Source: Lepidodermella squamata | Taxonomy: Eukaryota > Animalia > Gastrotricha | DNA length: 64,000 bases | Reading direction: 5' to 3' | NCBI GenBank assembly: GCA_047495785.1 | Contig: JBLDXI010000017.1 | Coordinates: 3,038,001-3,102,000, forward strand | In this document: positions 49,799 to 60,941 of the stretch, piece after piece | Numbering within the stretch: position 1 is the first letter of the stretch | Layout: each line of letters opens with the position of its first letter | Program-made: the position numbers and the translations under genes | Notes under the pieces: model-generated | Databases searched by the model: none | What the model was told of the DNA's origin: nothing | Seen by the model: only the letters and a program-made list of their open reading frames with translations

Positions 49799-51114
49799 AT
49801 GAGCGTCACGCGTAATCAGCGTGTCGTCATCGCTGAAACTCTGCTTTTAGGTAGAGGGGGAAGCAGTGGCGTTACAGGCGGTGAAGACGGTCGGGCGGCA
49901 ATGAATCCGATAACTCGAGCCGCTTTGCTTGGTAGCATGCCCGACACGGGACTAGTGCGAGGCGCGGCTGTCGTGCCGGTCAAATGTGAACCTGCAACGA
50001 CGGGCGAGCAACCGCTTGACTTCAGCGTGAAATCTCCATCGGGCTCGCCGACACCGCCGCTGTTGAGTCAGCCTCGTTCGCTTTCAAAACAACCTCCATT
50101 AGTTCGAACCGCAGAATCTCTACTCATTCTTAGTCAAACCGGTGTTTCTTCAGCCTCTCCGTCGTCCCAGGTTGAACTATTTAACGCTTTTTAGTACTGT
50201 TAATTTACTCGCGCTAACTTGATTAGGGTGATTTACGACCGAAGCTCATTATTACCCGCAATAGACGGAAACCGGCCGTTCAAGACATTCAAAGGCGCAA
50301 TGTTGCCTCTGCTGCTCAACAGCAACAACGCCAGAGAGAAGAAGATAACGAAGGCTTGCTGGTGCTCAGTGACGGCGACTCAGCCTCGTCGGCGTGGCAG
50401 ACCGCGCCTGCCATCGCCGGAACTGTGATAACGCACAATCTCTCCGTCAGCTCTGCATCAATGAGCAGCGGCTCTTTCTCGCCGAAACCAGGCGCTAACG
50501 GCGATGGTAGCCGGCGCAAACGGACCGAATCTGCGACTCGCACGCAAATGAGTAGCTCACTCCCGCCCGACTCGACAACCGTTTCCGACGGTGCCGACGG
50601 CGACGGCGACGGTGACGGTGACGGCGAGGGCGAGTGTGAGTTCGACGACGACGGCGAGCGCATCAAAGTGCGCACAGCTAACGGTGTCGTCAACCGGCGT
50701 AGACCTCGCGCGATGCCCGACGAGAAGAAAGACGAGAGTTACTGGGAGCGGCGGCGGAAAAACAACGAAGCGGCGAAACGTAGTCGCGACGCGCGGCGGC
50801 AGAAAGAAGACGACGTTGCGTACCACTGCCGGCAGTTGGAGCAGGAGAATAAGAGGCTGCGCGACGAGATTGCTGAGCTGCGGGTCGTTATCGAGCAGTT
50901 GCGCGCCGAAGTTTTGGCGAGGGATCAGGCGCAAGCGCAACAACAGGCCCGTCGAATGGAGGCTGAAAATTCGGAAAATTGTGATCCGGTCGATGGCGAG
51001 CCCCATGGCCTATCGTCCAACTCGTCGGGCCTCGCCGTTAACACAGCAACATCGCCAGGCTCGAGCGGTCGAGGCGCTGCTAATAGCCCCAACGACGAAA
51101 CTAGTAGCAGCTGA
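49799..51114 (+). CDS. PAR-family bZIP transcription factor (giant/TEF/HLF-like), intron 50171-50226
   Basis: [31 protein letters not shown] basic region plus leucine zipper, and a PLDFS CtBP-type motif in exon 1. Confidence 0.88.
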
Positions 51115-52383
51115 TGCCGCACTTCCAAGTCTTGTCAAATTATGTATCATCATAGCCATCGCAACATACTGTTAAAATGCCGCATAGAACGCGGCTGCAG
51201 TAGCTGTCAAGTTTTTCTACATTCCTATCGTTATAACGCTCGAAATTTTATTGCCATCGTGGAACAGAGCAAAAGGTGGTAGCGTAGCTTAATTGTTGTT
51301 CTTACTGATATTGTTGCAGTTTTAGATTGTTGATGTCAGATGATTGGGGAGAGACATTGTGCAAACAATATTCTTAATGTCTGAATATATTTAACAAATT
51401 GTACCTTGAACCACCACAATATAACCATAATCGCCATCATCAATTTATCGTTTGTATTGTGCATTTATGCAATTTTATTTTCTATTTGGCCGACTCGGCT
51501 CTTACGCATAGCTGACGTATGAAAAAATATCACGCTCTACTCTGGAACAGTAGCGATGTGAAATTGTGCAAAGTGCTTTGTGGTTTCGCTTGTATTTGAA
51601 TCCTCTAACCTTCACAGCAAACCGCGGTTAATTAGTAGTGCGTTATATTTTCATTTATATCTATCTATCTCTGCCATTTCACGTCCGGATAATGTAAGCA
51701 TGTAAATGCTTAGTCAACTATTAACAGATTTTATCTGAAAGGTTGCATGTGTAAGCGGATAAAAGAATAAAGATATTTCGTATGAAGGGTGTAACTTGTC
51801 TCTTATTTGATTAAATATCGTGTTGAAATTACCCGTCACCTACGTCTGAACTAATCAAAACATTACTTATCGGTAAGCCTTCTGAAGTCGCTGTTCTTCT
51901 CAAAAATCATCAGCCTCGCGAGAATGTGCGTCAAAAGCCGAGAAGAAATTGGGAGTTCTGTTTTACACTTTGATTTAGTTTTTAGGTACATTTTTATTAT
52001 TTTGTTCCTTGGAAAATGCAATTTTGCTAGAATTCAGGCCATCTCTCAGAAACACAATGTGGGGTGCTTCACAACTCGTAGCTCGTAGCGGTTTCTTTGC
52101 TTTTGAAATTATTGGAATTCCCGCTGATTGTTTGAAATATTATGTAGGTTGAGGTGGCTTTTCGCAAATTATCCTAGAATAATCAATTACGTCGGGCCCT
52201 TTCCACGTCTTTCACGATGCACGATGCGATAATCTGCGAAATGAATATTACAAAAGAACGAACATCTTTTTATTTCTCATATTCTGCTTTTTCTACTATC
52301 AAAAAATACGGATTACTTATCCATTTTAGAACGAAAGTCAACAAAAATAATGTTTGGCACGCGTCTATGAAATAAAAATTTTC

Positions 52384-55300
52384 TCAACGTCGAACTGGAG
52401 CTTTTACTGATGCTGGCATGGCTGGACTGAGACGGATCACGAGCACTTTCCCATCGTCATCGCACGTTGTCACTACGTCGAGGCTGGCGCGGATGTCCCG
52501 AACTCTGCTCGTGTGTGGCTTAAATTCTAGTATCGGCACCAAGTCGCCAAGATCCCACAGCTGAACGGAACCGTCCATGCCACCCACAAAAAGCTTTCCG
52601 AAAATACAGAAGAGAGCAGTTGGTGCGAATGAAGTGCGAAGGGCGGCGTAGAGCAGCGGGCCGGCGTTGTTAACAGTAACAGCTTTTCCGGACTCATCGT
52701 TTAGTTTTGGCAAGGCTTTCTTTGACTCGCGTCTTTCATCAGGCGCGTTTCCGTTGGGTATTTTAGCTAGCCAAATTATACCTCCTTCTGTCGGATCTTT
52801 AACATTATTTTGCGTTGTTTCGTGGCTTTCATTCCGAGTATGGCCCAAAATCAGCGGCGGTGGCCTACGCTGGCCATAAGTTGCTGCTATCAGAAGCTCG
52901 CCATGCAATGCTATTGCCATGCCTTGGCGAGTTACTTGCTTGTCAACTTTCAAACCCGCCCAGGGTATCCACTGGACAAGTTTAAAGAGACCATCCGGGC
53001 CAGGCTTCTCCTCGTCGGTTGGCTTGTTCAATACCGTGAATATTTCCGGCGCCATTGTTGCAATGAAAACAACCCCGTCGGCACACATTGTTGCTGTCGT
53101 TACTGGCTTTTGATATTTCGGTGAAACGAAGTTGTATGGATCAGGATTTAGCACCGCCATTTTTATCAATGGGAACAATTCGTTCTTCGGAGAGGGAAGC
53201 AGTGAGCATTCTATGACCGGAAGATAACATTTTAAATATAATGAACGCCATATTGTGACTCAACCTCTGACACACTGGCATCCTAGGCTGTTCCATAATC
53301 TGACGGTTCCATCGGTACTTGAGGAAACGAGGAGAATGGGAGAGATTACGTTTAAACCTGTTACAGTACCACGGTGACCTGAAATTCAAGGAATGTTGGC
53401 GTCTTCGTAAAAAAATAAAGAGCAAATGTTTCTTGCCTGACATGATTCCAGCGGCTCTTGATTCTCCTACGTCCCAAGCTCGAATTGTGGTGTCCCATGA
53501 GCCAGAATATAACATGGAATTTTCTGCGCAATAATCGAGAGCATGAACACCTCCCTAGAGCAAGAATTACTATCCTTCTCATCCGAAATAAAAAGGCTCG
53601 CAACTTACCTTATGACCCAGAAATTTTAGAAGACAGCGACCTCCTTTAGGATGCCACAGACGTATAACGTTATCTGCACCTCCGGAGTATAGACGAACGT
53701 TGTCGAAGTACAGGCAAAGTATAACGCCCATGTGTCCCTAAAATAACGCAGAAATTTTCTAGTTAATTAGTAACAGCAATAGGTAGTTTACTTGAAGGAC
53801 TTTCGTATCGAGAACTTCTTGAACGACAGTTTTGAGAGGCTTCTCCACATCAGGATATATGGGCACAGCTTGAAGCGAAAAATATTAACATCAGCTTTCT
53901 TTGATGGTAGGAAAACTTACCGGGGCGCACGATACTCCTGGCCTGAATAAAGATGTTCCGTTTAGTGGCACTCTCGATTCTCGTATCTGCTTGATCTGTT
54001 TTCGTACTCTCACCAGAGAATAGAACACCGCCTTTCTTATCTGCCCAGTCAGATTCTAAATTCCCTTTCCCAAATTTTTTGTCAATTAGCTGTTTCGGCG
54101 GAAATAGCTCCACCGGTGGCAGCAACGACTGAGTTTGAGCTGGTTCTGAGTCGTATAAGTCGATTCCTTCTTCCACGACTACGCGCCTCTTAGGTGCTTT
54201 AAAGAACGCCTTGTCTTGTTGTGACATGCTAACTGTGTTGTTTTCTCTGTTCTTTGACGCAGTTTTCACAACGACTTTGCATATTGCTCTCTGTATTGTA
54301 AACGTTCAATAATCAATTGAGCTATCTACTTGAAGAAACTCACCCAATCAATTCTAGGATCCGGTAATGTGGAAAGCGCGGTTTTAGCCGGCCGATTTCG
54401 CGAAATTCTATTTTTGACAGCAAGGGAAACAATGCACGATAAATCTCGGCATAGTAATAATTTTCTTCCAAGCTCGATGCACTTGAAATGCCTGGAATCG
54501 AAAATTTACTCATCCTTCAAACTATTCTGCATTGTTTTAACAAAACTCACCATAGGCGTTGAGATCTGGCCAAATCATGCCTGTGTTTAAATTGAATAAG
54601 AAATACCTCTGCTGTGATGCAACGATCTGTCAAAATATATCTTACCAACGGCGGGATACCAGAGCAGCTCGATTTATGTCATGTGGGTCTAAAAATGTCA
54701 TCATGAAAAGCAATATGTGATCCGGTAAATATTCGATATTGACAGATTTCTTCAGGCGTGACATGACCATATCTGTTTGAAAGTTCGTTAATGAAAATGA
54801 AAATTTTCAATTATTTTATCGGATACCGTGAACAATGCACAAAAACGAAGGGTCACAGGCTTTCAGCAAGAGAATTACTAGCTCCAAGCGCTCGGTGGCT
54901 TTCCATTCAGTCAACATAATTTTTAGAGCTTCACTGAGATGATTGCTCAGTTTTGATGAATTCGCCGACGCGGAAGATCTAGAAACATGGATTCATCTGA
55001 AAATTTCAGGTTATCAATAAGATGATTCAACAAACTTGCTGCTCTGTGCAGATGCAGGTCGTTGAATAGCGCTGGGTGGAATGATGCGTTGTCGACCAAG
55101 GTCTTGTGTCTTTCCTTTGTCAAGAAAATAGGTTCTTGCCATAACGTGAAGTGGTGTTGCAGATCCCAGCGGGACCGCAAATTTTGCTTTGGTTTGCTCG
55201 TCAAATGCGAAAGGCAACGGAAGGTTGGCGATGACATCGTCCAGTAGCTGTTGAAAGAGAAAATATTAATAATAATCGTTGCATTGAATGAATGAAACCT

Positions 55301-56070
55301 CGCCATACCAATTTCACCATAGTTTCATCCAGTTCCGGATTTTCATCCTTAGGATCAATCTGTAAACCATAACGTAATTTCACAATAGCCAGGAAGATCA
55401 AGTTTAAATGTAGCAACCCACAATATTGGCAATTTAAGGTTTTGTCTGACGCTAACTGCCCTGCCCCTCATAATTTTTACGAATTATTAGCGCTGAATCT
55501 CCGTAAAACAATATTTAAAGCATTCCATGGGCCCTCCGGACTATTCACGCGTCGGTGTATTATTTAACAGAGCGTTAAATGTGTATCATTTAACAGAGCA
55601 GCTTGGATTCCTCGATGGAATACGTAATCACATTTTGGCATGAGGGATTTCAATCATGTGAGGTCCATTTCACACTTCAATTCTAGACATATATGCTAAC
55701 ATTAGTTTCTTTATCTACGGCAGATGCTGGTCGATAATTGACATTCTGAAGGAGAAGTGGCCTCGCATTGATCTGGGCAGACCGGAAAATATTTCGGCAA
55801 ATATCGAAAAGGACCTCCGTTTGCAATGCTGAGAAGCTAGGTATAGGTACAGTAGAGGAGATAAGATTACTGCCCCATCTAGCTGGTGTGAAAGCAAACC
55901 TGGAAATAATTGCTGCTAAAAATCGTTTTCTCTCCGCAGTGGTAGTTGCTTTACCATGGAACCTAGTCGTCACAGTATCGATCAGTTTGATTCTCTTTGA
56001 CTTGTTTGGGTCAAAGGATTGCATTGTCAATGGTACGGGAATAATTTCGCAAATTTGCAGTGCTCTATTC
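52384..56070 (-). CDS. F-box/WD40 protein (FBXW-like), many small exons, 5' end uncertain
   Basis: Spliced exons give the F-box IEYLPDHILLFMMTFLDPHDINRAALVSRRW-HDLARSQRLW-HFKC (about 54480-54770) and WD repeats GHMGVILCLYFD, YSGSWDTTIRAWD, VGGMDGSVQLWD. Confidence 0.8.
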
Positions 56071-57591
56071 TGAATCGAACGAAAATAAATAATGTGACAT
56101 CTGTTACGTCGATAATATAGTGAAGGTGTGCAGCAACCTAGGAACCCAGCCCCCAGCTCCTTCTTTTACCAGGGATATGTCGGCCTGAATGATGTATCAA
56201 TGCGCTTATTGGCCCTTCGCTACTTTCCGGCCGATTTTTCCCCGACTAGATAATGAGATGAGTCAGTTTAATCCCAAATCCATTTCTATCAATTAAGATG
56301 TAATCTATTGTGAAGGCTATCTTTTCAAAATTTGCCAGGTTTGCTTGGTCCTCGTTCAAGATTAGTGCCCGCTGACGAAATGTGTTCAGGCAAAGAACTT
56401 CCGTGGAGCCGAGTGCGGGTTATGCGGTTGCAGGCTACATGCACAAGACTCAAGAATCAAGAACCAAAATAGCCCGCCAAATGCAGCATATACTGTTTCC
56501 ATAGCATCAGCCTTGAGGATAAAAATATTATTTTTCTACTAAAGCGTAAATAAGCATGATTTAAAACATTTTTTTTGCGCATCAAAAAAATTGCAAATTT
56601 AATTACTGTTTTTGCGGTATACAACGCAATTTGGGTTGAATTGGAGAAGTGTCGTTTTTACTTTGCCCTCGCGCGAATCAGGGAGATGTTTAAGTTTAAA
56701 ACCGTCAATCCATTGCCACAACCAAGAACCAGAGGCCAGAATACGGGGGATTCCTTAGTCCTAATAGTATCCAGCAGCAGTTTAGCCAATCCACACGGCT
56801 CCGTTAACATTGCAGTTGTTGTCGTTGAAGAGTCATGCTTTATGCTTTATTGCTCCGTTGATCGGAGATCGGAGACATAGCTATTAGTGGGGCCATGTAG
56901 TGGTGGTCATTGTAGATATGAAAAACATTCAGTATTCAGTATGCATTTATGCCGTTTTTGGCCTATAACCCAGATGGTTTAAATATACTTAACGAGAATC
57001 GCTTGGTCTCTCTTACAATTGACTCTTTTACAAAAAGTTCATAAGGAAGATGTCGTGTTATGTGATCAGTGATAAGCTGTTCAAGTTTATTTATGTCGGT
57101 TGCTCTGTTTAACTAGGTTCAAACCGTTATATATTTACCATAATTGCGACGTTATGCCTAAGCTGTACGGGCATGTAACATGAAAATCTTGGGGGATCAG
57201 TGTTAATCATGGAGACCGCTAATTTCCAATTTTCGCTTGCCTGTAATTACTGCATGCCAGTTTAGATGAACTTTTTTAACTTTCATAGTAGCAAATAATT
57301 AAGTATACCTATATGCGAATGGTAGCAAGAAGTCGGCGCGATTGTGTACCGCTTGCTGCTCTCATGCATTGAATTTTGACTTTCGACAACCTGCCTATTG
57401 CCAACTAAGCGTTTGATTCTTTATCGACTAGTTTATTTGAATTGCTACTTCATGGTTGACTCACCGATCTTAATCTTCATTGCAATCATTCTGTATTCTG
57501 TTGAATTAAGACTTTTTATTGAACTTCAGGATAGGTTTGCTTCTCATATTGTTTATTGAGCTATATTATTGATGAAGCTGCATTTCTGATC

Positions 57592-60241
57592 ATGGAAAGC
57601 ACAACAGTTTCTGCGGAAGACCAGCGTCCTGGGATTCTTATGGAAGGGGAACGCTCTATGCCTGACGATCCCAGCAATCAACGTGTTGTTTACACGATTC
57701 CTGGTGTTCTTCATTTTTTGCAAACAGAATGCGCACGAATGGAGGCAGAAAGAGCTCAGTTTGAACTGGAGAGGACCGAATTTCAAGCTCGCATTGCATT
57801 TCTGGAGGGCGAGAGAAGAGCCCAGGAGAACCTGAAGAAAGATCTCGTCCGCAGGATACGTATGTTGGAACAAGCCCTGGCTAAAGAACGAGAGCGTTTT
57901 AGCAACAACAACCCTGCCAGCAACCAGAATGACAATGACGAAAATCGCGGAGCTACTCGTTCATCCAATGGAAATGAAGAGCTTGCTCGGCTAGGCATGT
58001 CAGCTCAGCCGATCGAAGATTTGGAGGAACTTCTTCAAAATTTGGGCCAGACGAAAAGTCAGAAGGCGAGAACCCAAATGATATCAGAAGGCCGGCAATT
58101 GCTGCGAAAGTAAGTCTTACGGAACTTCGATGGTGGGTTAACTAATAGTATCCGCTTGCTTCTAGGTATCTTCAGGAAATCGGTTATGCCGATACTATTG
58201 TCGACGTTCGATCTGCTCGTGTTCGGGCCTTGCTAGGCCTTGAGCAAGGAACGCAAAATTCCAACCGCATGCCACAACCCAATCAGAACGGAACTTCTCC
58301 GAGTCCATTACCTATGCCTCCTGCTGTAAACCAGTCTGGCCGCCAACCTTTGGCTTCGTCTGTTAATAATAGCGATAGGCTAAAGCTACCTGAAGATGTC
58401 GTCTCCAATGCCGAACAAAGCGTGTTGGACACATTTGCCTTCCTTCGCTCTTCAGAACTGTCGTCAAGTTCTGGTGCAGGATTTGACGAATCGTGAGTTA
58501 CATATTCTCCAACTAGGGCAATTATAAAATGAATGTTTTTTGCAGGGATGATCCCGGTTTGGTTCCCGAGCTTAAAAGGGTGCTGAGACATAAGGTATGT
58601 AAATCTGTATACTAGTTGTCAACATTGGCGCTAAGCTATTGAACGCTCGTAGAAGGAAGGAGATGAAACTGAAAGCTTCGAAGATTCGGCTGCTTTGAAA
58701 GAGCTCAATGGCTTGCTAAATAGCACCGCAGTGCCTGGAACTAATCGTGACTCGGCCGCGTTGGCTGTTAGGATTGCCGACGCCGAAGCTTCCAATGAAT
58801 TCGACGACACTGGTGATGCCAATGCAACAGTTCTGGGTAGAGCCCCTGATTCATCTCCGCGTTCAAGGGGAATGGGCCAGCATCAGCAACAGCAGCCTGC
58901 TCGCCCTGAAGTTCGCTTTGCGCTTCGTAGCCATTACGATGCAATTCGATCGATTGTTTTTCATCCTACTGAAGCTGCCATTATATCTGCATCTGATGAT
59001 TCAACTGTGAAATTATGGAGTCTTGATCGTCAGAATCCTGGCTCTCTATCATCATCACCATCGCCTCAAATACGCCGAGGAGGTCAGTCTGTGGCAACTT
59101 CAGTTGGTATGTTATGAACTTCATTATTGAATTATTTATAAAAAGCCTATCGATTACAGTCAGTGACCTGGAGCCCCTTCAGACGTTCCGCAGCCACTGC
59201 GCCCCTGTGTTGTGCGCCGCTCTCGGATCAAGTGGCGAGCGATTATACACTGGGGGCCTTGATGGCGGCCTTGCTTGCTATTCTCTCCATTCGCTTTTCG
59301 CCAGTGTTAATGACATATATGATCCTTATGACTCGTCACGGTCACTCGCCTTTGTCTCACACGCTCACAACGATGCTATTTGGCAGTTAGCTGCTCACCC
59401 AACCAGGCATTCCTTGCTAGCCACTTGCGGAGCCGATGGAGCTGTTCGACTGTGGAATGTCGGTGAAGACTCCTTGGTTACCGCGGAAGGCGATTCAGAT
59501 AAAGGAGTAGGCGAATCAGGTGTCGTTTCACCGGTAAATCGAGACAGATGCTCACCCGTGCTCTTGCGAATGGTAATTCATTCGGTCTCTTTGACCTTCT
59601 TCCTTAAGGGTCCATTTTTATTCCAGATGACTATCAACGACAAAACTTCATTCAGCAGCATCGATTTCTCGCGAGTTGACTATACGCAATTGATAGCTTC
59701 ATCCGTCTCCAGCTCCAATTCGCTATCGTCTTCACTCTACGTTTTTGACTTTGAAACCGGAGCAGAAGTAGCACGTGTAGAAAACATCTGTTCTGGCGGA
59801 ATCATTAACGAGATCGTATCACATCCCACACTGCCACTTGCGGCCTTGGCTTGCGACGACGGATTCATCCGCGTCGTTGATTTAGCTCAAGCAGTCGCTG
59901 TTTTCCCGGGTTCACCACTGCCCGACGCCGTCGTAGTCGCAACTTTGCCCACTCCTGCGCCAGTGTCTTCCGTCGCCATCGATCAAAGCGGTGTCTACTT
60001 GCTTGCAGGCTGTAAGTTTTGAGAAAACTTCTTTCCAGTTCTGCTTAATGTAACTTTGTTTTCAGGTCATGATGGTTCCGTTCGTCTCTGGAACTTGGAA
60101 ACCCGAGCTTGCTTGTTCGACGATACTGTAGCACATCATCGGAAATTCGACGAGGGAGTCTTGTCAGTCGCAATCCATCCGTCCAGACCGCTGTTTGCAT
60201 CTGCGGGTGCCGACGGAGCCGTCCGTGTGTATCGGTGGTAG
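57592..60241 (+). CDS. STRN: Striatin (STRIPAK scaffold; Cka/STRN3-like)
   Basis: YTIPGVLHFLQ..QARIAFLEGERRAQENLKKDLVRRIRMLEQAL coiled coil, RKYLQEIGY, and WD40s LRSHYDAIR, GHDGSVRLWN, HHRKFDE..HPSRPLFASAGADG. Confidence 0.95.
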
Positions 60242-60941
60242 GCCCTGGCATGATTATGGCGCCATCCTAGAGATGACGGTGTGTTTGTGTATGTGTGTGT
60301 TTTTTAATTATTTCAAACGAATACTTACTGATCTTATTAGGCCAATCCCGGTTCGTTTAATCTCGCGGGTATTTATTGGTACTGTGTGGCATGACTGTGT
60401 AATGGGTTTCAAGACCGTAATCTGCGCTGGTGTTGCTTGCTATTCCGTTTTCAGTTGTCAGTACAGTTTTTTAAACACTTATTGAATATTAATTTGTGGG
60501 GCTCAAAAGCCGCGTCATTCTTTTTTCGCATTCTACACAGTCTGGTCACTTCATACCAAGGATGCGAAACATTAAATTATTATTGATACGGTAGTGTATA
60601 AAGTCCCAGTTTACGTAATCCACAATATTAATCATTAACCGTTATCATACCGTCAATTTATTGATTCTTTTTGTATCTCTCATTGCGAATGGAATGATTA
60701 AGATTAAGAGTAGAGATTTAATGGCACTATTTCTCACAATGGATTTTGTAATTCGGCCGGGATTGTGATTTAATCATACCTAGACAGTGCTAAAGCGAAT
60801 TTCAAGGTATCCGTGCTTGTTCTTTTTCGTGTGAGTTGTCATTCGACTTACGAAGTGTCAATCAAATAAATTTAGTTCTCGAAAGAAATAATTGTTTGAC
60901 CTCTTCTATTATTAGTGGAGTTAGATTATTAAAGTTTGATC

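Noticed and set aside
54268-54490. Separate gene ending GEQYAKSL-stop just before the WD40 region
   Set aside because: The exon phases required by the F-box select the other frame, which continues into the WD40 exons.
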